Part shown: piece after piece, positions 60,529 to 64,000 of the stretch
Position numbering within the stretch: the first letter of the stretch is position 1
Layout of the letters: every line of letters begins with the position of its first letter
Source of the DNA: an uncultured Acidobacteriota bacterium
Lineage (GTDB): Bacteria; Acidobacteriota; Thermoanaerobaculia; Multivoradales; UBA5704
Length of the DNA stretch: 64,000 bases
Direction of reading: 5' to 3'
Assembly (NCBI GenBank): GCA_963700145.1
Contig: OY969474.1
Span: forward strand, 4,864,001-4,928,000
The notes under the pieces: model-generated
The model's database searches: none
Told to the model about the DNA's origin: nothing
Seen by the model: only the letters and a program-made list of their open reading frames with translations
Program-made: the position numbers and the translations under genes

Positions 60529-60891
60529 TCAGACGAGCCGGCGTCGCATGCGCACTCGGTCCGGTTGCACCACGACTCTTGCCCGTCGAGGGGCTCCTCG
60601 GCCAGGGCTGGAGCACTGCGCCGACCTCCTCGTGACCCGCAGGTAGGGAACCGTGCTCGGAAAGCGCACGAGGATTACGCCGGCGTGCTCCTTCTGGAGA
60701 GCTGCGCGGTGGGCGAATCGCCGATCCGCTGTGACGAGCACTCAGCGGTGCGCGATGGCGTACGACAGCACGTCACCGTCGTCCCTGCCCTGGAGCCCTA
60801 CTTCTCGCACGTCTTCGGCGCGGACCTGCAAGCTGCGGAGGGTTGCGGCGAAGATGCGGGAGAGGTTCTCGTCAACGAGGAAGTGGGCCAT
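60529..60891 (-). pseudogene. DUF5615 PIN-like toxin with in-frame TGA at 60742-60744
   Basis: MAHFLVDENL..DDGDVL..*VLVTADRRF..HAGVILVR. Confidence 0.8.
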
Positions 60892-60896
60892 CTCGC

Positions 60897-61124
60897 CTAG
60901 CCGGTGAGACGAATTTCCTCGAGGGAGATGACGCTCGCGGCATAGGCGAGCGCGGCGAGCACGTCCTCTCGCGTGACGCCGTACACGTCCGCCACTTCAT
61001 CGATCGGCAGGCCGGCCGCGAGCTGGCCGATGACGATCTCGACGGGGACGCGGGTGCCCTTGATGACCGACTTCCCGACGAGGATGTTCGGGTCGACGAC
61101 GATGCGCGGTGCGATCTCGGACAT
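60897..61124 (-). CDS. DUF433 antitoxin
   Basis: RIVVDPNILVGKSVIKGTRVPV..LAAG..Y..TREDVLAALAYA. Confidence 0.92.
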   Translation of the reverse strand: MSEIAPRIVVDPNILVGKSVIKGTRVPVEIVIGQLAAGLPIDEVADVYGVTREDVLAALAYAASVISLEEIRLTG

Positions 61125-61136
61125 GGGCGGCCTCCT

Positions 61137-63569
61137 CTACTTGTAGAACAGAGGATACCGCCGCGGGTCGGCGTCGTGCATCATCGAGTAGACCGCATCG
61201 AAGATCGACTCGCGGTTGGGCTTGGACCAGTAGTCGCCGTCGGAGCCGTAGGCGGGGCGGTGGGGCTGGGCGGCGAGGGTGCGTGGCGGGGCGTCGAGCC
61301 AGTCGTAGCCGCCCTGCTCCTCGAGGACCTGCTGCAGGATGTAGCCGGTAGCGCCGCCGGGGACGTCCTCGTCGAGCGCCAGCAAGCGGTTCGTCTTCTC
61401 GAGCGACTCGACGATACGGTGCTCGCGGTCGAAGGGGAGCAGCGTCTGGACGTCGATCAGCTCGACTTCGATCCCGACCTGCGCCAGCTGCTCGGCGGCC
61501 TCCAGCGCGATGCGGCAGAGGGCGCCGTAGGTCACGACCGTCACGTCCGTCCCCTCGCGCAGCACCTCGGGCACGCCGAGCGGCACGGTGAAGTCGCCGA
61601 CGTTGGCCGGCAGCTTCTCCTTGACGCGGTAGCCGTTGAGCACCTCGACGACGAGCCCCGAGTCGTCGGAGCGCAGGAGCGTGTTGTAGAAGCCGGCCGC
61701 CTGGGTCATGTTGCGCGGCACGCACACGTAGAGGCCGCGCAGCAGGTGGATCGCGCCGCCCATCGGCGACCCCGCGTGCCAGATCCCCTCCAGGCGGTGG
61801 CCGCGGGTGCGGACGACGACCGGCGCACGCTGCCGCCCCTTGGTGCGGTAGCGCAGGGTCGCCAGGTCGTCGGAGAGGATCTGCAGCGCGTAGAGCAGGT
61901 AGTCGAGGTACTGGATCTCGGCGATCGGGCGCAGGCCGCGCATCGCCAGGCCGATCGCCTGGCCGATGATCGTCGCCTCGCGGATGCCGGTGTCGGCGAC
62001 GCGCAGCGCGCCGTACTTGGCCTGGAGACCGGCGAAGCCCTGGTTGACGTCGCCGAGCTGGCCCAAGTCCTCGCCCATCGCCACGAGCTGCGGCAGGCGG
62101 GCGAGGGCGGCGTCGAAGCAGGCGTTGAGCACCTCGAAGCCGTTGAGGGTCGGCGAGTCGTCGCGGTACTCGGCCGCCACCGCCGGCACCGCGAGCGCCG
62201 ACTCCGCGGTCTGGCTGTAGAGGTCGGAGCTGTAGCGCTCGGCGTTCGCGGCCTCGTAGGCGCGCCGCCACTCGACGAGCCGCTGCCGCGCCGGGGTTTC
62301 CTTCTCCCGCGCCGCCAGCAGCGCCCGGTGGGCGGCGGCGGCGAGGTCGCGCCGCAGCGGCGCCGGCTGCCGCCGCAGCTCCTGGGCGACCGCGGCGGCG
62401 TCCGCACCATCGTCCTGCGCCACGCCCTCGACCAAGCCCACGAGCGTCTTCCGTTCCTCCTCGATCGGCGCGCGGAAGTCGTCCCAGGCGCGCCGCTGCG
62501 CCTCGCGCACCGCCGCGCGGTCCTCCTCCTCCCAGCGCTCCAGCTCGCCCTCGCCGGCGATCCCCTGCGCCAGCAGCCACCCCCGCATCCGCTGGATGCC
62601 GTCCGCCTCGACCTCCCAGGCCAGCCGCTCGCGGCTCTTGTAGCGCTCGTGGCTGCCGGAGGTCGAATGCCCCTGCGGCTGCGTGCACTCGACGACGTGG
62701 ACGATCGCCGGCACCTGCTCGCGGCGCACGATCTCGGTGGCGCTCCAGTAGGTCTCGCACAGCGCCGGGTAGTCCCAGCCGCGCACGCGGTAGAGGTCGT
62801 AGCCGTCGCGCGAGCCGGGGGCGCGCTGGAAGCCGGCGAGGACCGCCGAGAGGTCGCTCTTCGTGATCTGCAGCTCGTTGGGCACCGAGATGCCGTAGCC
62901 GTCGTCCCAGATCGACAGCAGCGCCGGCGCGCGCAGCACGCCGATCGCGTTGACCGACTCCCAGAAGAGGCCCTCGGCGGCGCTGGCGTTGCCGATGGTG
63001 CCGAAGGCCACCTCGTCGCCGTGGCGCGAGAAGCCTTTGGCGGCGCCGTGGGCGGCCAGCTCCGGCAGCTCGCGGTAGAGGCGCGAGGCCTGAGCGAGGC
63101 CGACGAGGCGCGGCATCTGCGAGCCGGTGGGTGAGACGTCGGCCGCCGAGTTGTAGCGCTCGACCATCTCGACCCAGGAGCCGTCCGGGTTGACCAGGCA
63201 GGTCGAGAAGTGCGCGGTCATCGAGCGGCCGGCCGAGCAGGGCTCGCGCTCGAGGTCGGCGTCGGCGTAGAGCTGGGCGAAGAACTGCTCGATGGTCAGC
63301 AGCCCGAGCGCAAACATCAGCGTCTGGTCGCGGTAGTAGCCGGAGCGGAAGTCCCCCTTGCGGAAGGCGTGCGCGAGGGCGACCTGCGCCACCTCCTTGC
63401 CGTCGCCGAAGATGCCGAACTTGGCCTTGCCGGTGAGCACCTCGCGGCGGCCGAGGAGACTGGCCTGGCGGCTCTTGAAGGCCAGCCGGTAGTCGGCGAC
63501 GGCGGTCGCGGGAGTGAAGAGCTGGGCGGGGGTCGCGCCGGCGGCGAGCGGGGGGCTCTCCTGGATCAT
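61137..63569 (-). CDS. 2-oxoacid dehydrogenase E1 component, fused alpha/beta
   Basis: [61 protein letters not shown]; start uncertain (63569 or 63641). Confidence 0.93.
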   Translation of the reverse strand: MIQESPPLAAGATPAQLFTPATAVADYRLAFKSRQASLLGRREVLTGKAKFGIFGDGKEVAQVALAHAFRKGDFRSGYYRDQTLMFALGLLTIEQFFAQLYADADLEREPCSAGRSMTAHFSTCLVNPDGSWVEMVERYNSAADVSPTGSQMPRLVGLAQASRLYRELPELAAHGAAKGFSRHGDEVAFGTIGNASAAEGLFWESVNAIGVLRAPALLSIWDDGYGISVPNELQITKSDLSAVLAGFQRAPGSRDGYDLYRVRGWDYPALCETYWSATEIVRREQVPAIVHVVECTQPQGHSTSGSHERYKSRERLAWEVEADGIQRMRGWLLAQGIAGEGELERWEEEDRAAVREAQRRAWDDFRAPIEEERKTLVGLVEGVAQDDGADAAAVAQELRRQPAPLRRDLAAAAHRALLAAREKETPARQRLVEWRRAYEAANAERYSSDLYSQTAESALAVPAVAAEYRDDSPTLNGFEVLNACFDAALARLPQLVAMGEDLGQLGDVNQGFAGLQAKYGALRVADTGIREATIIGQAIGLAMRGLRPIAEIQYLDYLLYALQILSDDLATLRYRTKGRQRAPVVVRTRGHRLEGIWHAGSPMGGAIHLLRGLYVCVPRNMTQAAGFYNTLLRSDDSGLVVEVLNGYRVKEKLPANVGDFTVPLGVPEVLREGTDVTVVTYGALCRIALEAAEQLAQVGIEVELIDVQTLLPFDREHRIVESLEKTNRLLALDEDVPGGATGYILQQVLEEQGGYDWLDAPPRTLAAQPHRPAYGSDGDYWSKPNRESIFDAVYSMMHDADPRRYPLFYK

Positions 63570-63612
63570 CCCGGGGCCGGATGCTAGCAGAGGGCCGGGA
63601 TATCCTCCGGCG

Positions 63613-64000
63613 GTGCTGCTCAAGGTCTTGGCCGTCGCCAACGCGCTCGCGCTCCGCGCCGTCGGGGCGCGGCGGCGGCGTCTGCGGCTCGGCGAGGCGA
63701 CCCTCGCCTACAGCCGGCTCGGCCCGCGCCGCGGCGAGCCCTGGGTGCTGGTCCACGGCCTGGGCTCGGTGGGGACGAGCTGGGCGCCGGTCCTGCGCGC
63801 CCTGCGCCGCGACTGCCGCCTCGTCGTGCCGGAGATGTCGGCGCTCGGCGGCTCGCGGGTCCGCGGCGACGCCTTCAGCGTCCAGGACGGCGCGCGCGCG
63901 CTGGCCAGTCTCGTCGAGCGCGAATTCGGCGGCCGGCCGGTGACGATCGCCGGGCTCTCGCTCGGCGGCTGGATGGCGGTGCGCCTCGCCCTCGCCCGCC
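63613..64000 (+). CDS. Alpha/beta hydrolase (3' end outside window)
   Basis: VLVHGLG oxyanion motif and GLSLGG nucleophile elbow. Confidence 0.85.
   Translation, partial: MLLKVLAVANALALRAVGARRRRLRLGEATLAYSRLGPRRGEPWVLVHGLGSVGTSWAPVLRALRRDCRLVVPEMSALGGSRVRGDAFSVQDGARALASLVEREFGGRPVTIAGLSLGGWMAVRLALAR

Noticed and set aside
60742-60744. Selenocysteine recoding of the in-frame TGA
   Set aside because: The position is not a Cys or redox site in PIN-like toxins and no SECIS is evident; a nonsense mutation is simpler

Overview
This is a very GC-rich bacterial chromosome segment. Gene content and style suggest an Acidobacteriota/Thermoanaerobaculia-like organism, which is an inference. A core backbone runs through it: smc 3' end, NarL-type two-component pair, BlaI/M56-TonB, two L,D-transpeptidases, tRNA-Thr(CGT), pdxJ, oligopeptidase B, S9 peptidase, Omp85 fusion, amidohydrolase pair, mqnB-mqnD and a 2-oxoacid dehydrogenase E1 alpha/beta fusion. 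Five accessory blocks interrupt it. (1) A decayed toxin-antitoxin island after the tRNA, with a Cys-rich vWA protein. (2) A four-gene operon encoding a VioB-like ferritin-fold protein with a Cys-rich precursor-like tail, a DUF692 multinuclear iron oxidase (MNIO), a DUF2063 partner and a UBP-type Zn finger; this is the best candidate for an undescribed system. (3) A TIR-TM-WD40 gene next to a patchwork of duplicated gene 3' ends. (4) A 13.5-kb operon: patatin, diheme cytochrome c, GMC oxidoreductase, DUF4331, TPR, membrane patatin. It is followed by an IS21 with a 6-bp TSD. (5) A candidate defence islet encoding a TIGR02391 HEPN-like protein and a double nucleoside-deoxyribosyltransferase-like protein. 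Three unrelated 21-bp tandem arrays sit at accessory-block boundaries. Several single-base frameshifts are probably sequencing errors. All family assignments are by motif recognition; no database searches were run.
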